Positions 55,046-64,000 of a stretch of DNA of 64,000 nt are shown here, in pieces (the first letter of the stretch is position 1; each line of letters begins with the position of its first letter). Source of the stretch: Patescibacteria group bacterium (GTDB lineage Bacteria; Patescibacteriota; Patescibacteriia; UBA1558; UBA10009). The notes beneath the pieces are model-generated. The model was given only the letters and a program-made list of their open reading frames with translations, ran no database searches and was not told the origin of the DNA. The stretch covers positions 44,260 through 108,259 of the forward strand of contig JBAZSE010000003.1 in NCBI GenBank assembly GCA_041662565.1. The letters are read 5' to 3'. The position numbers and the translations under genes are program-made.

Positions 55046-56620
55046 TTATCTAAACAACGGCCTTAAATATTTAGCCAGCCAAATTCTGATTATTTGAATT
55101 TCTTCACAGCGGGTTAGCAAACTGATTAACAGATAAAAACTTAATCCGGCCAAACCGGCTACCAGGCCTTGGGTAAAAATTCCCAAAAAGCTCCTCATAT
55201 CCACTGCACTGGCCATAATTCTTAAAACCACATAAACAACTAAGCCGGAAATAACGGAATTAAAGGAAATTTTAAGCGTTGACCAGATGATTTTTTTATC
55301 GTCCAAATACCCAACTCTTAAACGCAAAACCATTAGTAAAATTATCATATTAACAATGGAGGAAATGGAAAAAGCCATGGCCAGGCCTGCCACTCCGAAA
55401 AGCTTGCCCAAAAAAACAGTGCCGATAATATTTAAAACAATAGCCAAACTGCTGATATAAACCGGGGTTTTAGTATCTTCCAGGGCGTAAAAACTCCTGG
55501 CAAGCATAGGAATCAAACTTTGGGCCAAAAGTGAAATTGTAAACCAACCTAAGGTTTGGGCGGTATCATAAGTGTTCTGCCAATCAAAATTTCCTGAACC
55601 CAAAATTACCCTAACCAATTGTGCCCGAAGCAACAAAATAAAAACGGAAATCGGAATCAGCAAAAAAACCACCCGCCTAAAGTGCAAAGAAAAAACCTGA
55701 ACAAATCTGCCTGATTCATTTTGTGCCAAGGTCTCCGAAAAAACCGGAAAAACAGCAATAGCCAAGGAAACGCCAAAAATGGAAATAGGAAACGATTGCA
55801 AATTATTGGCCAAATTAAAAATAGCCAAGCTGCCGGTAGCGAGTGTTGAAGCTACAACGGTAATGACGATTAAATTAAACTGATTGGCAGCCAAGCCAAT
55901 TGTCCGAGGAATCATCAGTTTAAAAACTTTTACTGCTTCCGGATTTGGGCGCCAACTCCATTGATAGCGCCAGCCGGATTTTATAACTTCAGGCAGTTGA
56001 ATTAATAAATGCAAAATAGAACCAAAAACAACGCCCCAAGCCAATCCACTTAAGCCAAAAATCGGGTAAAAAGTAGTTACGCCCAAAATAATACCCAAAT
56101 TATAAAAAACCGGAGCCAAAGAAAAGGTAAAAAACTTTTTTAAGGAATTTAAAATTCCACCCACCACATTGCTGATACCGAAAAAAATAATGCTCAACAA
56201 CATGATTCTGGTTAATAAAACGGTTTGCTCAAGCTGATCGCCGGAAAAACCAGGGACAATTAAGGGAACCAAATTTGAGGCAAAAATTATCATGCCTCCT
56301 GCCAAAACAATTAAAGCCACTAATAAATAATTTAAAATTATATTGGATAAAATTAAAGCTTTTTCTTTATCCTTAAACCAGGCCTTGGTAAAAACCGGAA
56401 TAAAGGCCGAAGCCAAAGCGCCTAAAACCAAAGTATTAAATATAATATCCGGCAGCTTAAAAGCCGCGTAGTAACTATCCAAAATACTGCCCGCGCCAAA
56501 ATACGAAGCCAAAAGCCGATCGCGCACTAAACCCAAAAGCCGGCTGATTACCGAAAAAAACGCGATTAATACCGCGCCCCCGCTAACTGTTGTGATTAAT
56601 TTTTGCCAAAAATTCCTCAT
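55046..56620 (-). CDS. murJ: lipid II flippase MurJ
   Basis: 14-TM MviN/MurJ family with characteristic N-terminal motifs. Confidence 0.85.
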   Translation of the reverse strand: MRNFWQKLITTVSGGAVLIAFFSVISRLLGLVRDRLLASYFGAGSILDSYYAAFKLPDIIFNTLVLGALASAFIPVFTKAWFKDKEKALILSNIILNYLLVALIVLAGGMIIFASNLVPLIVPGFSGDQLEQTVLLTRIMLLSIIFFGISNVVGGILNSLKKFFTFSLAPVFYNLGIILGVTTFYPIFGLSGLAWGVVFGSILHLLIQLPEVIKSGWRYQWSWRPNPEAVKVFKLMIPRTIGLAANQFNLIVITVVASTLATGSLAIFNLANNLQSFPISIFGVSLAIAVFPVFSETLAQNESGRFVQVFSLHFRRVVFLLIPISVFILLLRAQLVRVILGSGNFDWQNTYDTAQTLGWFTISLLAQSLIPMLARSFYALEDTKTPVYISSLAIVLNIIGTVFLGKLFGVAGLAMAFSISSIVNMIILLMVLRLRVGYLDDKKIIWSTLKISFNSVISGLVVYVVLRIMASAVDMRSFLGIFTQGLVAGLAGLSFYLLISLLTRCEEIQIIRIWLAKYLRPLFR

Positions 56621-56699
56621 AAAACAAACCAGCTTCTTATAACATCAGAAACTGGTTAAACTATACTATAAACAAGGGCTTTTTTCAATCCCACCCTTC

Positions 56700-59408
56700 T
56701 TATTTCTTTAACAAAACACTGTACAAATAATCTTGATCTAACTTGACCGAAAAATCTGCTCCCTGGGGGTTGGCCTTAACCTGTTGACCGTTACTTGCGC
56801 CGGACCAAACAATGCCCCAGTTATTTGGCAAAACCAGGTGGCTACTTAGATTGGTTTGGGTAGCGCCAGACTGTTTTTGAACCAATAAACTGTAGCCGGC
56901 CTTGGCAGAAGCGCGATTGAATCCGACAAATGACAAAATTTGATTAAGCTTGCTTGATTTAAAATCAAGCTTAAACGGCAAAAGGTAAGAAAAAGTTAAG
57001 GTTTGGCTTTCTCCTGGATTTAATTGCAGCCAAGCGGCCATAACTGATTTATTCAACTCATCATAAGTAACTACCCCTCCATCAGAGCCAAAATTTTGTT
57101 GATTAGAAACAAGAGCAGATAAATCAGGATCTTCCATATAACCTTCGTAAGGTTCTTTAAACAAAGATTGATCTAAAATACTGTAACCACTGGCCTCTTG
57201 GAGTTTTGCGCCTTGGGGGACGTAAACCCTAATATAAGCATTGTTTTGAACCCGCTCAAAAACATCATTTTTATTGCCATAATGGTTTAAAGTAACGGAT
57301 ACGGTATCAATTATCGAACCGTCGGCCAAAACATGAGCGTAATGATCAATTTGCTCGCTTAACACGCTATTGGATTTTCCTCCGCCGATATTGGTGTTAA
57401 TAACGGCCAAATAATCTTGATTTGCTTGTTTAATTTCACCAGCCCAATTAAAGGCCTTAGCGCGCTGTTCCATAGCCGAATCGGTAAAATAAAGCTGAAC
57501 ATCTTTGCTGTTTAACCCCTGGCCAAAAACAGCCAGCAATCCGGGCAAAGAAGAAGCTGAACCCGAAGTTAATCGTTCCAAGACAACTTTAAACAGATCA
57601 CCAATAATCTTTTTGGGTTGATTGGAAATTTTATCGTATTCAAATTCCGTTTCATGTTGCAGGGCTAAAATAACATTTTCGGGAGTTAATACCTGATCGT
57701 ATTGGGGCAAAATTACATTGCCGGAAATTTTTAAAATCTCAGGCATTAAATTTGAATTGATTAAAATAACGCCGTCAACTGTTGGGCCACCTGATTTGTA
57801 ATAAAACCATAACAGCTTATTCATGGAAGTTGGCACATCAGGCGACCAATTGGCATCCCAGGGCATCCAAGGAGTCCCTAGTAAGTGCATTGGCTTAGGT
57901 GAGAGCACTTTTTCGCCCGAGGCCTGAAAATCCTGCTTTAAATCATACAAACCGCCTGGAGGCACCTCTAAATTTGAAATCTTGCCCGAAACAATATCAG
58001 CTAAAGCATAACTGCCCATAAAACCTCCGGTGGCCTTGCGTTCATTTGTATTTTGAAACACTAGTAAATAGCGCTTGGCTGTTTGATAACCCAAAACATC
58101 GTAAGTAAAGTTTAACAATTCATTGGCCTGATCCAAGCTGGCAAACAAAACCGGCAACTGGCTTTTAATTTCGGTAAATGCCGGTCGATAATTTTTAGGC
58201 AAAGCATGTGCATCCACTTGGTCTAAATTATTCAAGGCCTCTTTTAAATGCTCTAAGCCCATAGCCAAACCTTGTTTTAAAATTGCAAAATTTTGATCCA
58301 ACGGAGAATTAACATCGGTCGTTCCTCCGGCTAAAGCCACGGTTTGAGAAATTTCCGAACCTGCCTGGGTTAATAGCTGGCCAGCAGCGATTAAATGCTT
58401 GCCACCATTAATTTTGCCGCTTGCTACCGGAATATTTTCCAAAAAATTCAAAATTGATTGGTTGTAACTGTTTAAAACTTCGGCGGCTTGGGAAAAATAA
58501 TCGTTGGCCAAATTAAAATTAAAACCGGCTTTTTGCCAATCTTGCGCGCCAACTGCCAATAAGCCGTCTTTGACTTGCTGGATAGCCTCTTCTGTTGCGC
58601 CTAAAACTTTAACCTGGCTTTTATTAACTTGGCTGTAAATAAAATAACTGCGCATTGGTACAATAAACAGCAAAGCAATTAAGGCAAAATATAAAGTATT
58701 TTTTAAATTAAACCAATAAAAAGAAGTGGTGGTAATTGGTTGAGAACTTAATTTTTTATAAGATGGCTTGAATCGAAAAGTGGGAAAAATTCCTCGTGAA
58801 AACTTAACAAAATCCGCAACAATTTCTACAAAAGTCCGTTTCTTTAACAAGGTTGGGGCATCGAGCAGAGGTAATTCTTCAAAATTATTTTGGCCAAAAA
58901 CCAAACTCGGTTTAAACTTAGCCGGTTTGGTAAATTGGGCACTAGCGGATTTTTTAAGATTTAAAGTATGGGCGGAATTTTTGGGTAAGGCCTTAGGGCT
59001 AACGCCGGATAAACCGCCTTTTTTATCCAAAAAAACGCTAAAACTTTTTTTATTTAAGAATGATTTTAAAGAATTTTGGAGTTCCTGTCTGTGAGTCGGT
59101 ATTGATTCAACCGTTGGTTGATTTGATAAAAAATCTTTTTGAAAAGTTTGCTGGGTTTTGTTTGATTCCAAATTCTGTATTTCTTTATATATTTGCACTT
59201 GCTCATCAACTAAAAAATGATCCAAATTGAAATCAATTTTGGTTTCAACAGGTTGGTTTAAGAGCTGTTTAGCTTTCTTTTCGGCTTTGGTTCGCTGGCT
59301 TTTAACCAAACTTTTTTTAGTTTTTTGGCGAACCGTTTTTTTTACCGGTAGTTCTAAAAAATCACCCTCAAGGTTATTTTCTAGATTTGATTTTTGTTTT
59401 TCTTCCAT
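56700..59408 (-). CDS. large hypothetical membrane-anchored extracytoplasmic protein (902 aa)
   Basis: Basic N-terminal ~230 aa, one TM (LYFALIALLFIVPM), then a ~650 aa mixed alpha/beta region. Family not recognised; DUF4012-like is only a guess. Confidence 0.55.
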   Translation of the reverse strand: MEEKQKSNLENNLEGDFLELPVKKTVRQKTKKSLVKSQRTKAEKKAKQLLNQPVETKIDFNLDHFLVDEQVQIYKEIQNLESNKTQQTFQKDFLSNQPTVESIPTHRQELQNSLKSFLNKKSFSVFLDKKGGLSGVSPKALPKNSAHTLNLKKSASAQFTKPAKFKPSLVFGQNNFEELPLLDAPTLLKKRTFVEIVADFVKFSRGIFPTFRFKPSYKKLSSQPITTTSFYWFNLKNTLYFALIALLFIVPMRSYFIYSQVNKSQVKVLGATEEAIQQVKDGLLAVGAQDWQKAGFNFNLANDYFSQAAEVLNSYNQSILNFLENIPVASGKINGGKHLIAAGQLLTQAGSEISQTVALAGGTTDVNSPLDQNFAILKQGLAMGLEHLKEALNNLDQVDAHALPKNYRPAFTEIKSQLPVLFASLDQANELLNFTYDVLGYQTAKRYLLVFQNTNERKATGGFMGSYALADIVSGKISNLEVPPGGLYDLKQDFQASGEKVLSPKPMHLLGTPWMPWDANWSPDVPTSMNKLLWFYYKSGGPTVDGVILINSNLMPEILKISGNVILPQYDQVLTPENVILALQHETEFEYDKISNQPKKIIGDLFKVVLERLTSGSASSLPGLLAVFGQGLNSKDVQLYFTDSAMEQRAKAFNWAGEIKQANQDYLAVINTNIGGGKSNSVLSEQIDHYAHVLADGSIIDTVSVTLNHYGNKNDVFERVQNNAYIRVYVPQGAKLQEASGYSILDQSLFKEPYEGYMEDPDLSALVSNQQNFGSDGGVVTYDELNKSVMAAWLQLNPGESQTLTFSYLLPFKLDFKSSKLNQILSFVGFNRASAKAGYSLLVQKQSGATQTNLSSHLVLPNNWGIVWSGASNGQQVKANPQGADFSVKLDQDYLYSVLLKK

Positions 59409-59511
59409 GTTAACAAATTAAACAGTAAAATTACAAATAAATGATTCTTTTATTTGATCAAAAAGGAAAAAATTCTCCTCTCCCTTGTTGCCAATTATAA
59501 CATAATCTGGC

Positions 59512-60609
59512 CTAAAGCGACAAGTACAATGCCCTGGTTTCTTTAATCATCTTATCCCAACTAAACCTTTGGACATTTTTTAGGCCATTAGCAATGATTT
59601 GTTGGCGCAAATGCCTATCATTTAATGCGTTATTAATAACATTAAACATCTCGGATTCATTGCTTGGATCAAAATAAACAGCCCCTTGGCCTAGCACTTC
59701 AGGCAAGCATGATGAATTAGCCGAAACTACCGCTAAACCATGGGCTTGGGCCTCTACCGGCGGCAAACCAAACCCTTCATATAAAGAAGGAAAAACATAT
59801 AAAATTGCTGATTGATACAAAGCGGCAAGTTCGCTATCGGCCACAAAACCCGTAAAAATTACACTGGCATCTGCTGCAAAAGCTTGTTTAAGCTGTTGAT
59901 AAAAATAATCAATCCGGCCGGCTAAAACCAGTTGATAATTTTTACTGCTATTTATTTTTGGCCAAACTTTTAACAATTGTTCCAAATTTTTATGGGGGTA
60001 GGCCGCGCCAACATAAAACAAAAACGGCTTGGTTATTTTAAAACGACTGATATCAACGGCCTGTTGTTGGTTTGACAAAAAATAGCTTTCATAAATCACC
60101 TTAACTTTTTCGGGCTTAAGAGAAAAAGTTTTGACTAAATCGTTTTTAACAAATTCCGAAGGCGCAATAATTTTTTTTGCCTTTTTAGCCGCCTGAGCAA
60201 TAATTTTTTTATAAAACCATAATTTAATGGCATACAGCCATTTTGGCAAAGTGCTGGCGCGAGAATCGGGAAAATGATTGATAATTAAATCATGGATCGT
60301 AACTACAAATGGGCCACGATAAAAATATGGCACATTAAAATGAGGCCAATGCATTAAATCCAAATTCTCCCGAGCTATAACCCTTTGTCCAAATAATTGT
60401 TCTCGCCAACCGTACCAAGGCATATTAAAAAGAACCTTTTTGACTCTTGGCGAATCTGTTTTAAAATCATCAAAATTATCAGCGGATAAAAAAATAACAA
60501 AAGAATTTTTTTTATCATCGGTTACCAGGCCGTCAACCAATTTTTTAACATAACGGCCTATCCCCCGCTGTTTTGTGCCGTAAAAACGCGCGTCAATGCC
60601 AATACGCAT
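59512..60609 (-). CDS. family 4 glycosyltransferase
   Basis: EGFGLPPVEAQAHGLAVVSANSS motif. Confidence 0.8.
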   Translation of the reverse strand: MRIGIDARFYGTKQRGIGRYVKKLVDGLVTDDKKNSFVIFLSADNFDDFKTDSPRVKKVLFNMPWYGWREQLFGQRVIARENLDLMHWPHFNVPYFYRGPFVVTIHDLIINHFPDSRASTLPKWLYAIKLWFYKKIIAQAAKKAKKIIAPSEFVKNDLVKTFSLKPEKVKVIYESYFLSNQQQAVDISRFKITKPFLFYVGAAYPHKNLEQLLKVWPKINSSKNYQLVLAGRIDYFYQQLKQAFAADASVIFTGFVADSELAALYQSAILYVFPSLYEGFGLPPVEAQAHGLAVVSANSSCLPEVLGQGAVYFDPSNESEMFNVINNALNDRHLRQQIIANGLKNVQRFSWDKMIKETRALYLSL

Positions 60610-60628
60610 AGTTACTGATTATTAATTA

Positions 60629-61231
60629 CTAATTAAATCTTCCATTAAAAATTATTTCATCCAAATTCTTTCTGGTTCTTTCGGCTAATTCCGACTGCTT
60701 TTGTTCCGACGTTAATTTTTCCAAATCAGTCAAAGTTGCCGGGTAGCCAACGGCAATCATTGAACCGGCCTGATATTCCTGCGGATCCACACCTAATGCT
60801 GTAACTGCTTTATCTTTATCAAAACCCGCCATTTGATGAGCTACTAAACCAAGATGCACCGCTTCCAAAACTAAACTCATCGAAGCCGCTCCAGTATCGT
60901 GCAGAGCATGATAATTAGGTAAGTTGTTTTTTGTTTGATTTTTTTTGGCAAACGAAACTGCCAATAAATAGGCCTTGCCCGCCCAACCCTGGTTAAATTC
61001 TCCCATTAACGAAAATAGAATTTTAAATTTTTCGGGCTCATTTGCTGTTGCATAAACATAACGCCAGGGCTGTTCATTATTAGATGAAGGTGCCCAGCGG
61101 GCTGCTTCAAATAAACTCATTATTTTTTCATTTTCAATAGGTTGACCTGAAAAAACTCTAGGGCTCCAGCGGTTTTTAGCTAAATCGTTAATGGGATAAA
61201 CAACCTTTGCCGGTTTATTTGGATATGTCAT
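60629..61231 (-). CDS. nitroreductase-family protein
   Basis: RWSPRVF ... AARWAPSSNNEQPWRY FMN-binding motifs. Confidence 0.8.
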   Translation of the reverse strand: MTYPNKPAKVVYPINDLAKNRWSPRVFSGQPIENEKIMSLFEAARWAPSSNNEQPWRYVYATANEPEKFKILFSLMGEFNQGWAGKAYLLAVSFAKKNQTKNNLPNYHALHDTGAASMSLVLEAVHLGLVAHQMAGFDKDKAVTALGVDPQEYQAGSMIAVGYPATLTDLEKLTSEQKQSELAERTRKNLDEIIFNGRFN

Positions 61232-61252
61232 ATGGGTTTATTATTTATGTGA

Positions 61253-61383
61253 ACGAGGGTAAGTAAAATTTTTTTCGGTCCGAGCCGGGTCCCCCCGAAC
61301 GAGCCTGGGCGAGCGATTCGAGCGAGACCCTGGCGAGTTGAGGAAGGGAGGCGCAGGACAAAAAAATTTTACTTACCCGAGGG
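61253..61383. repeat. MITE-like element: 18-19 bp AT-rich terminal inverted repeats enclosing an 85-nt ~68% GC, CGAG-rich core
   Basis: GGGTAAGTAAAATTTTTTT (61256..61274) and AAAAAAATTTTACTTACCC (61360..61378) are perfect reverse complements. CGAG is present on both outer flanks. The core has no ATG in either sense. The right arm overlaps the last codons and stop of the GT4 gene. Confidence 0.45.
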
Positions 61384-62508
61384 AACATTCAAATTAAATT
61401 CTCTAAAAACTTCCAACATTTGTTTGGCTGATTGTTCCCAAGAATACTTTTTAACCTGCTCAAAACCATTGGCGATAAGTTTGCTTCTTAAATTATTATC
61501 GCTTAATGCCAAATGCATGGTTTGGGCGATTTCTTTAATATTATATGGATCAACCAAAATGGCTGCTTGAGCCAAAACCTCGGGCATTGAAGAATTAGCC
61601 GAAGCAATTACCGGCACTCCGGCTCGCATGGCTTCGAGCGGTGGAAAGCCAAAGCCCTCGTAAAATGACGGCCAAACAAATAAATCGGCTCGTTGATACA
61701 ACTCAGATTGTTGGGCGGGCGTAACATAGCCCAAAAATTTAACCCTGTTGCCCAATTTTAATTGACGGACCAGTTGAATTAGCTTGCTATACTGCCAGCC
61801 CGCCCCGCCGGCTAAAACCAAATGATACTGGGGATTATTTAACAAATGAAAAGCTTTAATAATCCCAATAATATTTTTGCGCGGTTCCAATGTGCCCAAA
61901 AATAAAATATATTTATCCGGTAAATCAAATGGTAATGTTTTAGGCAAATAATTTTTTACCTCAATCGGCCCTGGATAAATCACTTTGATTTTATCTGGAA
62001 GTAAATCGTAAGTAGTTATCAAATCATCTTTGGTACTTTGCGATACAGCTACGATTTTAGCGGCATTTTTTAATTTTTGGTTGATTCCTATGGCCTTATG
62101 CCATAAGCGCATTTTAGGCGAATAAAGTTCTGAAGTTTTGATAAACGATAAATCATGGACAGTAACTATTGTTGGGCAACCGGGCGAAACGGACCAAAAA
62201 TTTAAATTGGGAAACCAGAAAATATCAGCTCCCCCAACCAAACGATCAAGATAGGGCTTGCCTAAAAATTTGAGCGAAAAATTAAATAATTTATTGGGAA
62301 TTTTTTTGGAATAATAAGTTGTATTTTTACCTTTAACCAGCTGCTGAGCGATTTTATTTTCCTTGATTGAATTGGAAAATAAAACGTATTGGTTTTCTTG
62401 ATCCAATTCAAATAATTTTTCCAACAACTTGTAAGCGTAAAATCCAACTCCGGTTAAATTTCCTCCGCCTAATAATCCCCTTGCATCAATGGCAATTTTC
62501 ATAATCAA
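61369..62508 (-). CDS. family 4 glycosyltransferase (start likely the ATG at 62502)
   Basis: EGFGFPPLEAMRAGVPVIASANSS motif. Confidence 0.8.
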   Translation of the reverse strand: MIMKIAIDARGLLGGGNLTGVGFYAYKLLEKLFELDQENQYVLFSNSIKENKIAQQLVKGKNTTYYSKKIPNKLFNFSLKFLGKPYLDRLVGGADIFWFPNLNFWSVSPGCPTIVTVHDLSFIKTSELYSPKMRLWHKAIGINQKLKNAAKIVAVSQSTKDDLITTYDLLPDKIKVIYPGPIEVKNYLPKTLPFDLPDKYILFLGTLEPRKNIIGIIKAFHLLNNPQYHLVLAGGAGWQYSKLIQLVRQLKLGNRVKFLGYVTPAQQSELYQRADLFVWPSFYEGFGFPPLEAMRAGVPVIASANSSMPEVLAQAAILVDPYNIKEIAQTMHLALSDNNLRSKLIANGFEQVKKYSWEQSAKQMLEVFREFNLNVPSGK

Positions 62509-62552
62509 AGGTAAAAAATTCCGGTTTTAAAACAAAAAAATGTTGAAGTATG

Positions 62553-62578
62553 CAAAACCCCTATGGTAAGGGGTTTTG
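62553..62578. terminator. hairpin terminator (A-tract/U-tract type) downstream of the Cys-rich small ORF
   Basis: CAAAACCCCT-atggta-AGGGGTTTTG. Perfect 10-bp stem. Confidence 0.45.
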
Positions 62579-62593
62579 AGCCGATATTTAAGT

Positions 62594-62716
62594 TTAACTG
62601 TTGCAACCGCATTCACAGCTGGCTGAGCATTGGCAGCAGTTGGAACAATGGTCTCCGCAGGAGCATTTGTTAACATCATTTAAAGGCATATCGCATTTTG
62701 AGCAATTCATAGGCAT
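62594..62716 (-). CDS. cysteine-rich 40-aa peptide, metallothionein-like (absent from ORF track)
   Basis: Manual translation gives MPMNCSKCDMPLNDVNKCSCGDHCSNCCQCSASCECGCNS, with 11 Cys and 1 His in 40 aa arranged as CxC/CC/CxxC clusters. Consensus promoter upstream and hairpin downstream. No SD. Confidence 0.4.
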   Translation of the reverse strand: MPMNCSKCDMPLNDVNKCSCGDHCSNCCQCSASCECGCNS

Positions 62717-62743
62717 AAAATTAATTATTATTTAAGCAAGTTG

Positions 62744-62772
62744 ATTATACCAATGGCCATAAAATCTTTCAA
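62744..62772 (-). promoter_or_regulatory. consensus sigma70 promoter (TTGAAA-17-TATAAT) reading into the Cys-rich ORF
   Basis: On the minus strand, TTGAAA (62772..62767), a 17-nt spacer, then TATAAT (62749..62744). The ATG is 27 nt downstream. Confidence 0.5.
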
Positions 62773-62787
62773 GACATGGCCAGCCGA

Positions 62788-63903
62788 TTAAAGAGGTAGT
62801 TTTTTGCCCGAAAATTCCTGCCAGCTTGAAGCGGCAAAATCCTTGATTTCCCTTTCAAATCTAGAGGCGGAAAATTTTTCGGCATAATCTTTAATTTTAT
62901 AAGGGTCAAAATCTTTAAGACAAGTTTGAAAATTTATAACCGCATCGGCTAAGGCCTCCCAGGATTGTTCATCAAAAAACTTACCGCTAAAATTATCAAT
63001 AACTGTTTCCAAAGCCCCGCCTGATTTATAAGCAATAACCGGCCGGCCGCTAGCCATGGCCTCAACCGCGGCAATGCCAAAATCCTCTTCTTGCGGATGG
63101 ATAAAAGCCAAAGCCCGGCTAAGTAGCGAATTGCGTGTTTTATTATCCACTTCGCCTAAAAATTCTATATTGCTTTTGGCGATTTTTTTTAAACTGGCTT
63201 CTTCTTCTCCGCTGCCGATTATTTTTAAAGGCAAATGCAACTGGTTAAAGGCCTTAATAACAATATCCACACGCTTATAGGGCCTAAGACGGGAAACCAA
63301 AACGTAATAATCTCCTAAATCGGGATTGATTTTAAATGAGGTGGTATCAACCGGTGGATATATAACTTTGGCTTCGCGCTGATAATATTTTTTTATTCTT
63401 TTGGCCACAAACTCGGAATTGGCGATAAATTTATCCACCCGCTGGGCAGCCGTGTAATCCCAAGTTCGCAAACTGTTTAAAATAAAAGGCAGAATTTTTT
63501 TGATGATTTTGGGTTGTTTTAATTCTTCCACGTAACGATGAGCATCCGACCACAAATACCTAACCGGCGAATGGCAATAACTGATATGCAATGTGTTGGG
63601 CGCCGTTAAAATGCCCTTGGAAAAAGCCGAAGAAGAAGAAATTACAATATCGTATTCGGAAAAATCAAAACGCTCCCAGGCAATGGGCATTAAACTTAAA
63701 TACCACTTAAAGTGGCTTTTGGCAAAAGGCAACTTATCCAAAAAAGAAGTTCTAACGTCAAAATCCCTAAAAAGTTCCGTTTTTTCCGGATTATTTATTA
63801 AGGTATAAACCGGGCTTTGGGGGAAAATTTTATGCAATTCCAAAAGCACATTTTCGGCTCCGCCGATTTGAAATAAATGATCATGAGTTAAAGCTATCTT
63901 CAT
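62788..63903 (-). CDS. family 4 glycosyltransferase
   Basis: EDFGIAAVEAMASGRPVIAYKSGG motif. GGAGG SD 8 nt upstream of the ATG. Confidence 0.8.
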   Translation of the reverse strand: MKIALTHDHLFQIGGAENVLLELHKIFPQSPVYTLINNPEKTELFRDFDVRTSFLDKLPFAKSHFKWYLSLMPIAWERFDFSEYDIVISSSSAFSKGILTAPNTLHISYCHSPVRYLWSDAHRYVEELKQPKIIKKILPFILNSLRTWDYTAAQRVDKFIANSEFVAKRIKKYYQREAKVIYPPVDTTSFKINPDLGDYYVLVSRLRPYKRVDIVIKAFNQLHLPLKIIGSGEEEASLKKIAKSNIEFLGEVDNKTRNSLLSRALAFIHPQEEDFGIAAVEAMASGRPVIAYKSGGALETVIDNFSGKFFDEQSWEALADAVINFQTCLKDFDPYKIKDYAEKFSASRFEREIKDFAASSWQEFSGKKLPL

Positions 63904-64000
63904 ACTGATTGCCTCCGGCTAAAAACCGCTTTAGGGGTTCTTAGCATAATTTGCAAATCAAGCCCTAAGCTCCAATTTTCCACGTAATAAGTATCCAAGC

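Noticed and set aside
56621-56699. Possible hairpins in the murJ / 902-aa gene spacer
   Set aside because: Stems are short with large loops and no adjacent U-tract. Not convincing as a terminator or structured RNA.
1-64000. CRISPR arrays, IS elements/transposases, integrases, rRNA genes
   Set aside because: No regularly spaced direct repeats, no transposase, recombinase or integrase-like ORFs, and no rRNA-like stretches were seen on either strand. The only repeat-like structures are the short GC-rich palindromic elements and the heptamer microsatellites reported above.

Overview
This is a low-GC (~35%) bacterial chromosomal segment with small, tightly packed genes, mostly on the minus strand. 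Its features fit a reduced-genome Gram-positive-type or Patescibacteria/CPR-like organism (inference). Those features are: many glycosyltransferases and cell-wall genes, an RpoA without the alpha C-terminal domain, a short AlaRS, an N-terminally extended S9, and a type IV coupling protein (T4CP)-like ATPase. The recognisable content is as follows. (a) Translation: def-fmt, gltX, serS, lysS, alaS, mnmA, lepA, dus, rpmA, and a partial spc/alpha ribosomal cluster infA-rpmJ-rpsM-rpsK-rpsD-rpoA-rplQ-rplM-rpsI. (b) Cell division and peptidoglycan: ftsQ-like, ftsEX followed by an RlpA-like gene, ftsB-like, murF, murJ, FemAB, an M23 peptidase, and a parvulin. (c) Two polysaccharide loci (23.0-30.8 kb with GT2/GT4, Wzy-like and Wzx; 59.5-63.9 kb with GT4s). 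(d) tRNA-Gly(CCC) and tRNA-Thr(CGT). Several things are not explained by that content. At the 5' end sits a soluble T4CP-like (TraD/VirD4) P-loop ATPase with a C-terminal zinc ribbon, next to an unknown gene cut by the window edge. A ~0.8 kb GC-rich (~47%) single-gene island lies downstream of fmt. Short GC-rich, CGAG-rich palindromic segments occur at three loci: a MITE-like intergenic element (miniature inverted-repeat transposable element) with 18-19 bp inverted repeats, an apparent in-frame 36-nt insertion in the tagA-family gene, and a weaker intergenic patch. A 40-codon cysteine-rich (metallothionein-like) ORF with a consensus promoter and a terminator was not in the ORF track. MurF carries an N-terminal polytopic membrane domain. 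Heptanucleotide microsatellites inside fmt and a GT4 gene encode LKLK peptides. No CRISPR array, IS element or transposase, or rRNA was found.
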